Translations under genes and position numbers: made by a program
Part shown: one piece after another, positions 38,652 through 48,110 of the stretch
Layout: every line of letters starts with the position of its first letter
Position numbering within the stretch: the first letter of the stretch is position 1
NCBI GenBank assembly: GCA_965230895.1
Contig: OZ246394.1
Coordinates: 101,879-165,878, forward strand
DNA: 64,000 nt
DNA from: an uncultured Gammaproteobacteria bacterium
GTDB taxonomy: Bacteria > Patescibacteriota > Microgenomatia > Levybacterales > UBA12049
Direction: 5' to 3'
The notes under the pieces: generated by a model
Databases searched by the model: none
What the model was told of the DNA's origin: nothing
The model's input: the letters and a program-made list of their open reading frames with translations, nothing else

Positions 38652-39935
38652 ATGTTGAAATCAGAAAAACTTCGAATTGCTTTACTTGTAATCATAGCTG
38701 GATTTATTGGTTATTACATTGGTGTCAGTAAGATAGCGTTTGATTGGAACAACTTCAAACCCCATATTGAGATTTCCAGTAAAGAACCTCCACCAAGTCT
38801 CCAAACAGGTGATGCAAGTATGTTGTGGCAAGTCTTAGCAAAGATTGAAGCTACATATTATGACAAAGAATCTATTACTGCAGAAAAGATCATGAACGGC
38901 GCTATCCAAGGTATGGTTAGTAGTTTAGATGATCCTTACACTGTCTATCTTCCACCACAGCAAAATGATGACTTCAAGCAAAGTATGGCTGGGAAGTTTG
39001 AAGGTATCGGCGCTGAATTAGGTTTGAAAGAGAAGAATGTTATCGTCGTAGCACCAATTGATGGAAGTCCTGCTAAGAAAGCTGGTATCAAAGCAGGAGA
39101 TCTTATCGTCAAAGTAAATGGACAATATATAAGTGGACTTACGTTGAATCAAGTTGTTGAAAAAATTCGTGGACCAAAAGGCACTGAAGTCATCTTAAAT
39201 GTTCAACAAAAGTCTGGTGAAGAACCAAAAGATATTAAAATTGTTCGTGATGAAATCACTGTAAAGAGTTTGACAACTTGGACAAAGAAGGTTAAAGACA
39301 TTGAGGGTATCAAGAAAGATGCACAAGGAATTGCCGGTGGAGCAGAGAACAAAGTAATTTATATCCGATTGTCACAATTTGGTGATAGTACCAATGAAGA
39401 ATGGACTAACGTTGCAAGTTCTGTCAGAAAGCAACTTGATGCAGATAAAACAATTAAAGGAATAGTATTTGATTTGCGAAATAATCCAGGTGGATATCTC
39501 AATGATGCAGTCTATATTGAATCTGAATTTGTTCCATCAGGAAACGCAGTCCAACAGGAAGATAAGAATAAAAAGAGAACACCATATCCTGTCTCAGGAA
39601 AGGGCGTACTTACTGATGTCCCTGTCATAGTCCTCATCAATAAAGGCTCTGCGTCAGCGAGTGAAATCGTCGCTGGTGGACTTCGAGATAATGGGCGAGC
39701 AACATTGGTCGGAGATAAATCATTTGGTAAAGGTACAATTCAGCAAGCAGAAGATCTTGGTGGGGGAGCAGGCCTTCATGTCACGATTGCAAAGTGGCTC
39801 ACCCCAAATGGTACATGGGTTGGTAATGGGAAAGATGGACAAGGATTAACACCTGATGTTCTCGTCGAAGTTGATAAAGAAGATCCGACACATGATATCC
39901 AACTTGAAAAAGCAGTTGCAGAGTTGCTAAAATAA
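38652..39935 (+). CDS. ctpA: Carboxyl-terminal processing protease (S41A, CtpA)
   Basis: LDDPYT, PDZ GIGAEL, DLRNNPGG, SASASEI, SFGKG. Confidence 0.95.
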   Translation: MLKSEKLRIALLVIIAGFIGYYIGVSKIAFDWNNFKPHIEISSKEPPPSLQTGDASMLWQVLAKIEATYYDKESITAEKIMNGAIQGMVSSLDDPYTVYLPPQQNDDFKQSMAGKFEGIGAELGLKEKNVIVVAPIDGSPAKKAGIKAGDLIVKVNGQYISGLTLNQVVEKIRGPKGTEVILNVQQKSGEEPKDIKIVRDEITVKSLTTWTKKVKDIEGIKKDAQGIAGGAENKVIYIRLSQFGDSTNEEWTNVASSVRKQLDADKTIKGIVFDLRNNPGGYLNDAVYIESEFVPSGNAVQQEDKNKKRTPYPVSGKGVLTDVPVIVLINKGSASASEIVAGGLRDNGRATLVGDKSFGKGTIQQAEDLGGGAGLHVTIAKWLTPNGTWVGNGKDGQGLTPDVLVEVDKEDPTHDIQLEKAVAELLK

Positions 39936-39970
39936 CCTCAAAAGAGTAAGCTTGACTTGTTTCAGAGATT

Positions 39971-40003
39971 CTTAAGCATTAATTAAGAATCGAGTATCAC
40001 AAT
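39971..40003 (+). promoter_or_regulatory. Response-regulator direct-repeat site plus -10 box of htrA
   Basis: CTTAAG-CATTA-ATTAAG, 10 nt, CACAAT, 8 nt, ATG. Confidence 0.7.
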
Positions 40004-40011
40004 TAGCAATT

Positions 40012-41160
40012 ATGCGTAGATTAATTCTTCTAATTATTGTTTTGATCGGAGTTCTTTTCCTTATCAATGTTGCACAAAAGCATTTGCCGGGCATGTTGAA
40101 ACTCGACCCAGCGAAATTCTCCCAAACATCACGATCAGATGATAATGTCAGGGTTGTTACCGAAGAATCGGTGACAATTGATATTGTGAAAAAAGCAGGT
40201 CCATCAGTTGTCACAATTGCTGAATCACGTAATGCTCCAAGTCAGCAGTCACCATTTAATTTTGAACCATTTTTCAATCAACCAGATGATGAACAATCAA
40301 ATCAGCCACAGAGTATTGGGTCTGGATTTATCATTGGGAATGAAGGACTTGTGGTTACAAACAAACACGTTGTATCTGATACAGATGGAGAATACAAAGT
40401 TATAACTACGAATGAAAAAGAATATGATGTTAAGAGAATTTACAGAGATCCATTAAATGACATTGCTCTTTTGCAAATTGATTTAAATCAGAATCCAGGA
40501 AATACATTAAAACCATTAGAGCTTGGAGATTCTTCCAAACTTCAGGCTGGACAATATGTCGCAGCAATTGGTACATCATTGGGTGAGTTCCGGAATAGTG
40601 TAACGACAGGAGTTATCTCTGGACTTGGTCGAGGTATAACAGCTGGAAGTCCGTATGAAGGTTCTGTAGAGCGTTTGGATAATGTTATCCAGACTGATGC
40701 TGCAATCAATCCAGGGAATAGTGGAGGACCATTATTTAATTCTTCAGGACAGGTGGTCGGGGTAAATACCGCAGTGTCTGCGAGTGGACAGAATATTGGT
40801 TTTGCAATTCCTATTAATATTATTAAAGATTCTCTGAATAACTTTAATCAGACAGGTCAATTTGACAGACCATATCTTGGAGTGTCATATCGTATTGTTT
40901 CAAGTGATTTGGCAAAACTTAATGATGTTCCGGAAGGAGCATACGTCCAGGATGTTATCCAAGGATCATCTGCAGAAGAAGCAGGAATTAAAAGTGGCGA
41001 TATCTTGACTAAGGTTGATGGGCAAGCAGTTAACGAATCCACCCCATTGTCTGCACTAATCGCGAAGAAAAAAATAGGGGATACACTAAAAATTACTTTG
41101 GTCCGGGATGGACAATCTCAAGACGTAGAAGCAGTATTGAAAGTGGCACCTGAAGAATAA
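40012..41160 (+). CDS. htrA: HtrA/DegP-family serine protease with one PDZ domain
   Basis: GSGFI, TNKHV, DIAL, QTDAAINPGNSGGPL, C-terminal PDZ. Confidence 0.95.
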   Translation: MRRLILLIIVLIGVLFLINVAQKHLPGMLKLDPAKFSQTSRSDDNVRVVTEESVTIDIVKKAGPSVVTIAESRNAPSQQSPFNFEPFFNQPDDEQSNQPQSIGSGFIIGNEGLVVTNKHVVSDTDGEYKVITTNEKEYDVKRIYRDPLNDIALLQIDLNQNPGNTLKPLELGDSSKLQAGQYVAAIGTSLGEFRNSVTTGVISGLGRGITAGSPYEGSVERLDNVIQTDAAINPGNSGGPLFNSSGQVVGVNTAVSASGQNIGFAIPINIIKDSLNNFNQTGQFDRPYLGVSYRIVSSDLAKLNDVPEGAYVQDVIQGSSAEEAGIKSGDILTKVDGQAVNESTPLSALIAKKKIGDTLKITLVRDGQSQDVEAVLKVAPEE

Positions 41161-41246
41161 ATTGCATCATTAAAATTTATTTAGCTTGCAAACTAAGTCA
41201 AAATGCCTCTTGCAAAAACAATCCGGATCAGTTTATAATAAAACAC

Positions 41247-42050
41247 ATGGCAACACGATCATCAAAAAATACATCAGCAAAGAAAACAACGACTGCTTCA
41301 GCAACAAAAGCAGTTTCTACAAAGTCTACAGCAAAAAGAACATCAAGACCATCTCGATCAACTTCAAGAGCAGCAGCAAAAACAACAGTTGCAACTTCAA
41401 CTCCAGTTGAAAAACAGGAACCAAAAACAACTTCATCTTCAACAAGTACAACAACAAAGAAACCAACAACAGTTAAAAAATCTTATGTTGCTCTTATCGC
41501 AGTAATCCTTCTTCTTGGAGCAGCACTTTATTACTTCAGAGGTCTTTTCGTTGCGGCAGTTGTAAATGGGCAACCAATTAGTAGACTTGAAGTTGTACGC
41601 CAAACAGAACAACAAAGCGGAAAGCAAACATTGGATACATTAGTTCGAAACGCTTTGATCGAACAAAAAGCAAAGCAACAAAACGTCACAGTTAGTGATC
41701 AAGAAATAAATGATGAAATCAAAAAGTTAAATGATAATCTTTCAAAGCAAGGCCAAAACCTTGATCAAGTTTTGCAAGCACAAGGCATGACACAAGATGA
41801 TTTGAAGAAGCTTATCAGACTTGATAAATTAGTTTCAAAGATGGTTGGTAAAGATGTAAAAGTTACTGATGAAGAAGTAAGTGCATACATCGAACAGAAT
41901 AAAGATGCACTTCCACAAGACACAAATGAAGATGAATTGAAGAAGCAAGTTACAGAGCAATTAAAGCAGCAAAAGACAAATGAAAAAGTTCGAACTTGGT
42001 TAGCAGATCTTCAAAAGGAAGCAAACGTTGTTTACTTCGTTCAATATTAA
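41247..42050 (+). CDS. SurA/PrsA N-terminal chaperone-domain protein lacking a PPIase domain
   Basis: K/T/S-rich basic N-tail, TM, AAVVNGQPI, VSDQEI, VTDEEV..Y, WLADL..EA. Confidence 0.8.
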   Translation: MATRSSKNTSAKKTTTASATKAVSTKSTAKRTSRPSRSTSRAAAKTTVATSTPVEKQEPKTTSSSTSTTTKKPTTVKKSYVALIAVILLLGAALYYFRGLFVAAVVNGQPISRLEVVRQTEQQSGKQTLDTLVRNALIEQKAKQQNVTVSDQEINDEIKKLNDNLSKQGQNLDQVLQAQGMTQDDLKKLIRLDKLVSKMVGKDVKVTDEEVSAYIEQNKDALPQDTNEDELKKQVTEQLKQQKTNEKVRTWLADLQKEANVVYFVQY

Positions 42051-42160
42051 ATTCTCCTCAGCTCGCTAACACCTTTTCACGACTAATTTTCCTCTTGACA
42101 ATACGTACCACTAATACTGTACTATAGATATAGATACAAAGACTTTTCACAGAAAAAGCG

Positions 42161-42192
42161 GGTCGCCTTTGGCGAACCTCGCCGAAGGCGGG
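42161..42192. repeat. Tandem short GC-rich hairpins in a 5' UTR
   Basis: TCGCC-TTT-GGCGA and CTCGCC-GAA-GGCGGG. Confidence 0.5.
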
Positions 42193-42199
42193 TGATGGT

Positions 42200-42364
42200 A
42201 TGAAAAAAACAGTTAAGAAATCAGTAAAGACAAGTAAATCAAAAACAACAAAGCGTAAAGGAGCTATTCATACTGCACTATACGCAACCGAACATGATTT
42301 CATCATAATAGCTGGTGGAGGATTAGTAGTACTTATGTTAACAGTCTTCTTATTCCTTCAATAA
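42200..42364 (+). CDS. 54-aa Lys-rich tail-anchored small protein (absent from the ORF track)
   Basis: MKKTVKKSVKTSKSKTTKRKGAIHTALYATEHDFIIIAGGGLVVLMLTVFLFLQ; TTGACA promoter and GGGTGA SD-like site upstream; stop abuts the convergent gene. Confidence 0.65.
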   Translation: MKKTVKKSVKTSKSKTTKRKGAIHTALYATEHDFIIIAGGGLVVLMLTVFLFLQ

Positions 42365-43867
42365 TCAATCTTGCAGCTGTCCCAAGTAATTCTCAGTAGG
42401 TAAAGTATTATTCATCTGGTATCGTTGGATTCTTTTCCGGTTCTTAGAGCTCTTAATATATTGCTTTAATATTTTGTACATATCTAAATCAAACGTGACT
42501 TTCTGGATAAGATCATCTTTTATATTTCCTTCAGCATCGACATGAACATTCCCGATATAACACCAATTATCAATGATAAAAAACTCTTTTGTTCCATCAA
42601 TTGCATCTTCTTGAATAGTAATTGGACCGCTAAATGGCCATGGCAGAATCCTGGATTCATTCAAAGATGTTTCTAACCTTAGATTATAAATCTCTGGTCT
42701 CTCAATATTTACACATGCACCCTTACATCGCTCAAGACGATGTGCAAAGCATGCAGCACTTGTTTTCTCTAAGCCCAAAAGTTTCTCGCAGAGTGCATGC
42801 TCCTTTGCAATGTTTGCCAGAAAAGATTTTGCCTGTTTGCGAGAACGGAAAAACCCTAAGAAGTTTTCAAGTCCATCTGGTGAAATTGTCGTGATTGGTT
42901 CAATAAAACACTCTTTATATCCTTGGTTATTTAGCTTGCTTTTTAAGGCAATTAACTCATGCTTTATCCGAGAACGTTTGTTGTAGATCGGCAGCATTTC
43001 TTTGATCATTCTCGATTCAAGAAAGAGCGCTCCAAGCTCTCCTGCAGTTGTTATCGTTTCAATGCTTTCAATCTGTTGCGAAATCTTCATTTCAGTTGTT
43101 GAAGCAATATCTGCAGAGAAGTGGCTCAAAACACGATTACGGATGTTAATACTTTTACCAACATAAAGGGGGATGAGGCTTTTTGTTTCGTATTTTGGTT
43201 TATCTCCAAGCTTCATTTGATCCTTCACTGTATCATCAGGTCCATAAAAGATATAGACACCAGGTTTATCAGGTAGTTTTTCTAATTCTTCCATTGGAAG
43301 TTTGATTGGCAATGACGGCTTCTTCATTGTCTTTGCCAGCGCTTGTTTCACAATCTCTGGATCGACATTTTTCTGGATATGCTTGTAAAATTCAAATAGT
43401 ACCTTCGCGTCATCAAAGGCTCTGTGGCGGCTGTCACAAGTTATATTGCACTGTTGAATTACGGCATCAAGATTGTGCCGTGGCCATTGAGGATAAAGCA
43501 TTCTTGAAAGTCTCACTGTGCAAAAATGCTTCGCATTGTATGTGATGTTCTCTCGCATGAGTTCTTGTTTCAAAAAGCTGTAATCAAACCGAACATTATG
43601 CGCGACAAAAGTACAATCTGCGAGGATTTCAATTATGTCGTCCTTCACTGCACGAAATGTTGGGGCATTTTCTAAATCCTTTCCTGTAATTCCAGTAAGT
43701 GATGTAATTTCTTGGGGGATATAGGTTTGCGGATTAATTAACGTTTGGAATGTATCTACTAGTTCACCATCTTCAACTCTGAGGATTCCAATTTCAATAA
43801 TTCGATTTCGAGAAGCACTTATTCCTGTAGTTTCAATATCGACGAAGGCTAACTTTGAAGGCAGCAT
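42365..43867 (-). CDS. DEDDh 3'-5' exonuclease fused to a GIY-YIG (Cho/UvrC-like) nuclease
   Basis: FVDIETTG, AHNVRFDY, HRAFDDA; PGVYIF, LYVGKSINIRNRV.SHF, LESRMIK..LPIYN. Confidence 0.9.
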   Translation of the reverse strand: MLPSKLAFVDIETTGISASRNRIIEIGILRVEDGELVDTFQTLINPQTYIPQEITSLTGITGKDLENAPTFRAVKDDIIEILADCTFVAHNVRFDYSFLKQELMRENITYNAKHFCTVRLSRMLYPQWPRHNLDAVIQQCNITCDSRHRAFDDAKVLFEFYKHIQKNVDPEIVKQALAKTMKKPSLPIKLPMEELEKLPDKPGVYIFYGPDDTVKDQMKLGDKPKYETKSLIPLYVGKSINIRNRVLSHFSADIASTTEMKISQQIESIETITTAGELGALFLESRMIKEMLPIYNKRSRIKHELIALKSKLNNQGYKECFIEPITTISPDGLENFLGFFRSRKQAKSFLANIAKEHALCEKLLGLEKTSAACFAHRLERCKGACVNIERPEIYNLRLETSLNESRILPWPFSGPITIQEDAIDGTKEFFIIDNWCYIGNVHVDAEGNIKDDLIQKVTFDLDMYKILKQYIKSSKNRKRIQRYQMNNTLPTENYLGQLQD

Positions 43868-43953
43868 AGGAAAGAAATAATAGCAAATTCGTATTTTGTT
43901 TGCAATCTCAACCATTGCTTTGCTTACAAGCATATGCGACAATGCTTTGAATT

Positions 43954-44601
43954 ATGTCAAATATTGAATCATACCGTTCAAATGCAAAAGTTACTTTTAA
44001 AGAACGGGTAATCCAAGCGAAGAAGCAATATGATATTTTCATGTATGATCACGGACGTGATATTGCAGATGCTGCAACAGAAGCTCGTAGAGTAGGTGGA
44101 ATGGTAGAAACTGGACTAGTCCTGTTCAATAAGCCAAAGTGGGCAAGATCTGTAAGTTTGCCTATCTTAGCGACAGATCTGATCGATGGTCATTCTGCAA
44201 GAAAACATAAAGACGGAGCAACAACAGATGGAGGTCGTCGTGATCAGGAAATTGATAAACAGCGATCATTAATGGTTGAGATGGCATTGGTTGTAAGAGG
44301 GCGAATGGATTGGCGTCACTTTGCGTTGAGGACTGGTTCTGACATTGTTATGAATAAAGTTGTTCGTCCGTACTTCCAAGAGCGGGGGATTGATACGAAG
44401 GCAGGTTGGGCTGGAAAGGCAAGCTCAGCAACTGTTGCGGTAGCAGAAGTTTCAGCAATGGGTGAGCGTAATCCTAGTAGTATTCAACATATTGCCACAG
44501 GAGCAAAAATCGGAAGAGTGGGGATTTATACTGTGCAGTGGGGGAGAGAGTTGTTTAAAAAAAGAAGAGAGAAAGGGTCAGAACTACCTTTGGCGGCTTA
44601 A
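43954..44601 (+). CDS. Divergent CDP-alcohol phosphatidyltransferase homologue (PgsA-like)
   Basis: Exact signature DxxDGxxAR-x9-GxxxDxxxD (DLIDGHSARKHKDGATTDGGRRDQEIDK); AGWAGK motif; weakly hydrophobic. Confidence 0.7.
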   Translation: MSNIESYRSNAKVTFKERVIQAKKQYDIFMYDHGRDIADAATEARRVGGMVETGLVLFNKPKWARSVSLPILATDLIDGHSARKHKDGATTDGGRRDQEIDKQRSLMVEMALVVRGRMDWRHFALRTGSDIVMNKVVRPYFQERGIDTKAGWAGKASSATVAVAEVSAMGERNPSSIQHIATGAKIGRVGIYTVQWGRELFKKRREKGSELPLAA

Positions 44602-45485
44602 GCGTCTTGATTAAGTGCTTCTAGTTCTTCTTTTGCATCTGGGATATCTCCAGCAAGAATAATCGGTAAGTTCTTCCATGATTTATTGATACGATGATCT
44701 GTTAGTCGATCTTGCGGGAAATTATATGTTTTTATCTTTTCAGATCTGTCACCACGCCCAACCTGCGTTGATCTGAGGGATGAGATTTCATTTTCTCGTT
44801 TTGTAATTTCAATTTCCCAAAGTTTCGCACGAAGTAATTGCATTGCGATTTCCCTATTTTGTAGTTGTGATCGTTCAACAGAAGTTGTTACCACAAGTCC
44901 TGACGGTACGTGTTTCAGACGAACAGCTGTTGAAACTTTGTTTACATTTTGGCCTCCATGTCCACCTGAACGGAATGCTTCAAATTCTATATCATCAGGA
45001 TTGATATGCAAATCAATATCATCAAGTTCTGGAAGGATTGAAATAGTTGCGGTAGAGGTATGAACTCTGCCTTTCTTTTCTGTTACAGGAATTCTCTGAA
45101 CTCGGTGTACACCAGCTTCATACTTGAAATCACCAAATGCACCACGACCAATTATCTTGATAACATTTTCTTCCAACTGTTCAACTTGATATCCTTTTTT
45201 TTGAGCGGCGCGAACATACATTCGCATTAATTCCTCTGCCCAGATTTTGGCTTCGTCACCACCAGCTGCTCCACTTAATTCGAGAATAATATTTCTATGA
45301 TCGTAACTATCTTGCTCTTTTGCGTTGGAAGCGGCGATACTGTCTTCAATTACTTTCTTCTGCTCTTCGAGCTCAGCAATCTCTAATTCTGCTAATTCTT
45401 TCATTGCAGGATCTTCAAGAAGCGCTTTTGTTTCTTCAATCTTTGCTTCAAGTTCTTGGATTTGTGTATAACGGTAGTCGTTCAT
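44598..45485 (-). CDS. prfA: Peptide chain release factor 1 (short N-terminus)
   Basis: GGDEA, EAGVHRVQRIPVTE (PxT), GGQ, RSEKIKTYNFPQDR.TDHRI. Confidence 0.95.
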   Translation of the reverse strand: MNDYRYTQIQELEAKIEETKALLEDPAMKELAELEIAELEEQKKVIEDSIAASNAKEQDSYDHRNIILELSGAAGGDEAKIWAEELMRMYVRAAQKKGYQVEQLEENVIKIIGRGAFGDFKYEAGVHRVQRIPVTEKKGRVHTSTATISILPELDDIDLHINPDDIEFEAFRSGGHGGQNVNKVSTAVRLKHVPSGLVVTTSVERSQLQNREIAMQLLRAKLWEIEITKRENEISSLRSTQVGRGDRSEKIKTYNFPQDRLTDHRINKSWKNLPIILAGDIPDAKEELEALNQDA

Positions 45486-45530
45486 GGTGAGGTAAGCCGT
45501 AGAAACGGTTTAGAACAAGTTAAAGCGTGG

Positions 45531-45830
45531 CTATTTAAGGCCCATGAGCATTTCGCGGAGAGACTTTGGTCCTGATTGGCTTCGTTTCTTATCTTCAACT
45601 TTTTTTGTAACAGTCGCTTTATATTCAGTAGCTTTTTGCTGTTTTGTTTGGAACTTCTGGATACGTGAAGCACTATCTACAAATCGCTGTTCACCTGTAT
45701 AGAATGGATGACAGTTGTAGCACAATTCAACGTTGATCCGTTCTTGTGTGGATCCAACGTGAAATTGATTACCGCAAACGCATGTTACTTGCGCGTTACT
45801 AAAATATTTTGGGTGTACATTTGCCTTCAT
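45531..45830 (-). CDS. rpmE: 50S ribosomal protein L31 (zinc-binding type)
   Basis: MKANVHPKY, CVCGN, CYNCHPFYTG. Confidence 0.95.
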   Translation of the reverse strand: MKANVHPKYFSNAQVTCVCGNQFHVGSTQERINVELCYNCHPFYTGEQRFVDSASRIQKFQTKQQKATEYKATVTKKVEDKKRSQSGPKSLREMLMGLK

Positions 45831-45891
45831 GAAACCCATTATAGCCTAAATGAACCTAATTGACAAGTGCTTGAACCTAAGCGCAATTGTG

Positions 45892-46800
45892 TTATTTCTT
45901 CACATGATGGAGCTTGTGGAATGGGAATTTCCCTTCCGCTGCAAATATTCCGATAAAGACAAGGAGAGAACCAAATAAGAATGTTGGTGTAATTTGTTCC
46001 CCAAGCAGGGGGACCGCAACAACAAGTGTTGCGAGCGTTGCAATATAAAGAAAAATACCCGATTCATTGGCTTTTATATATTTTAATCCGTAAGAAAAGA
46101 GGAGATATGCAATCCCTGAAGAGAAGATAATGCCATAACTTAAACCGATAACTCCTTGATAATTAATATTTGTGAGGAAACCATACTGATATGTTTCAGA
46201 CAACGCCATTGGCAAGACAGCGATTGAACCAATGAGAAAACTCCAGAATGTTAGCCCTAATGGATGATATTTATCTACAATATTCTTTACAAGTAATGTA
46301 TGGGCCATTGCGGAAAGCGCTGCGAGGAGAAAGAAAAAATTCCCCACAAGGTAATTAGCTGACCCTTGTTCCAAGAGTGGGCGAAGTATAATCAAGAGAA
46401 CTCCCGCAAGGCTAATTAATGTACCAATAGCTGTCTTAAACTTAATTTTTTCATGAAGGAAAATGACAGCAAACAGCATCAGGAAAATAGGTGTTGTGGC
46501 ATCAATGACAGCGCCGTTGATACTTGGAGCAAGTTTCAGTCCCAAGAACCAGAATGTGACGGTTAAAGATACTCCCGTTAGTGAAAGGACAACAAGTTTG
46601 CCATAATCTTTCGTAGCAATATGTAATTTGTTGATAGCAAATGGAAGGATTAAAAGTGCAGCTATAAAGAATCGAAGAAAGAGAAATGTAAACGGCTGGA
46701 TATTTTCAAGAGCCCATTTATAGATAGGGAAAGCTGCTCCCCAAATAATATTCGTAAGCGTTAAGGCTATAATTGCCAAATGCACCTTGGACAGTTTCAT
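45892..46800 (-). CDS. DMT/EamA-family transporter
   Basis: IWGAAF, LRF, FLHEK, LLGEQ; about ten TMs in two repeats. Confidence 0.9.
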   Translation of the reverse strand: MKLSKVHLAIIALTLTNIIWGAAFPIYKWALENIQPFTFLFLRFFIAALLILPFAINKLHIATKDYGKLVVLSLTGVSLTVTFWFLGLKLAPSINGAVIDATTPIFLMLFAVIFLHEKIKFKTAIGTLISLAGVLLIILRPLLEQGSANYLVGNFFFLLAALSAMAHTLLVKNIVDKYHPLGLTFWSFLIGSIAVLPMALSETYQYGFLTNINYQGVIGLSYGIIFSSGIAYLLFSYGLKYIKANESGIFLYIATLATLVVAVPLLGEQITPTFLFGSLLVFIGIFAAEGKFPFHKLHHVKK

Positions 46801-46853
46801 AAATTTATAGATTCAATTTAAGTATATACCTGTAGAGTTCAATTGCGAAGAGC

Positions 46854-48065
46854 TTATTTAAGAATATTTATTACCTCATCCAGAGTAGCTTGCTTCTGTT
46901 CTCGCGTTTGCATGTTTTTGAAGTTAAGGATATTCTTTTCTGCTTCTTCAGGACCTATGACGATAATATAAGGAATATTCTTTTGTAAGGCGTATTTTAA
47001 TTGTTTTTCCAAAGGATTTTTTTCTTTGATTTCCCCGAGATAGACTTCAGCATTGATATGATTTCGACGCAATTGTGCTGTTACTTCAATTGATTTTGTT
47101 TTGAGTTCATCCGAAAAAATAGTAGTGAGAACTTTGGCTTTTGCTTGCTCAACTTCCTCAGGGAAGAGGTTTAATTCTGTCATTGCTTCAATAATCCGAT
47201 CAAATCCAAATGCTACTCCTACTGCTGGAACTTGCTGGCCAGTAAATGATCCGAGGAGTTTATCATATCTTCCGCCTCCCGCAACAGATCCAGAAGCATA
47301 TGATGGAATTTCAACTTCAACGATCATGCCGGTATAATAATCTAAACCTCGAGCAAGGGTTGGCTCAAAGAAAATATTGTTCTCATTTACTCCGAGTAAT
47401 TTTGCATTATCAATAATTTCCATAGTGCTTTCTGTCATTGTGGCATTCTGTATTAATTCCAGATCCTTCCGTGCAAAACCTTTTTCTTCCAATTCCTTAA
47501 CAACGCCTTCAACTCCAACTTTCTTTAACTTATCAATTGAGATAATTGCATCAATAGGTAAATTACCAAAAACACTTCGGTCGTTGATAAGAATTCGATA
47601 ATCTTTAAAGCCGAGTGTTTCAAGTGATTGAGCGATCACCGCAATGATTTCTGAATCAACAGTAAGTGAGGTTGCGCCTACAGTATCGATATCGCATTGG
47701 AGAAATTCTCGATATCGGCCCTTTTGAGGTTTGTCTGCGCGCCATACAGGTTGAATTTGATATCGTTTGAACGGAGTAGGGAATTCGTCCTGATATTGTG
47801 CTACCACGCGTGCCAATGGAACGGTCTGATCATATCGCATTGCAACCCGACGTTTCCCGTTATCTTCAAAACGATACATTAACTTTTCGCCTTCCTCGCC
47901 ATATTTACCAGCAAGAACTTCTTCGTACTCGAGAGTAGGGGTTTCTAATGGTTCAAAACCAAATGATTCAAAAATGCGTCTTAGCTTATCAATAACATAT
48001 TGACGTTTTTTTGCTTCTTGCGGTAAGAAGTCTCGGAAACCTTTTAATGTTTGTGTCTTTATCAT
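46854..48065 (-). CDS. hisS: Histidine--tRNA ligase
   Basis: KGFRDFLP, RYDQTVPLAR, PQKGRYREFLQCD, RGLDYYTG, GGGRYD. Confidence 0.97.
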   Translation of the reverse strand: MIKTQTLKGFRDFLPQEAKKRQYVIDKLRRIFESFGFEPLETPTLEYEEVLAGKYGEEGEKLMYRFEDNGKRRVAMRYDQTVPLARVVAQYQDEFPTPFKRYQIQPVWRADKPQKGRYREFLQCDIDTVGATSLTVDSEIIAVIAQSLETLGFKDYRILINDRSVFGNLPIDAIISIDKLKKVGVEGVVKELEEKGFARKDLELIQNATMTESTMEIIDNAKLLGVNENNIFFEPTLARGLDYYTGMIVEVEIPSYASGSVAGGGRYDKLLGSFTGQQVPAVGVAFGFDRIIEAMTELNLFPEEVEQAKAKVLTTIFSDELKTKSIEVTAQLRRNHINAEVYLGEIKEKNPLEKQLKYALQKNIPYIIVIGPEEAEKNILNFKNMQTREQKQATLDEVINILK

Positions 48066-48110
48066 GGCTTTATAATACCATATTGTTGAGGATTTACGAA
48101 CTGATGATTA

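Noticed and set aside
42365-43867. Exonuclease-GIY-YIG fusion as a novel system
   Set aside because: DEDDh plus Cho/UvrC-like fusions are a known, widespread architecture
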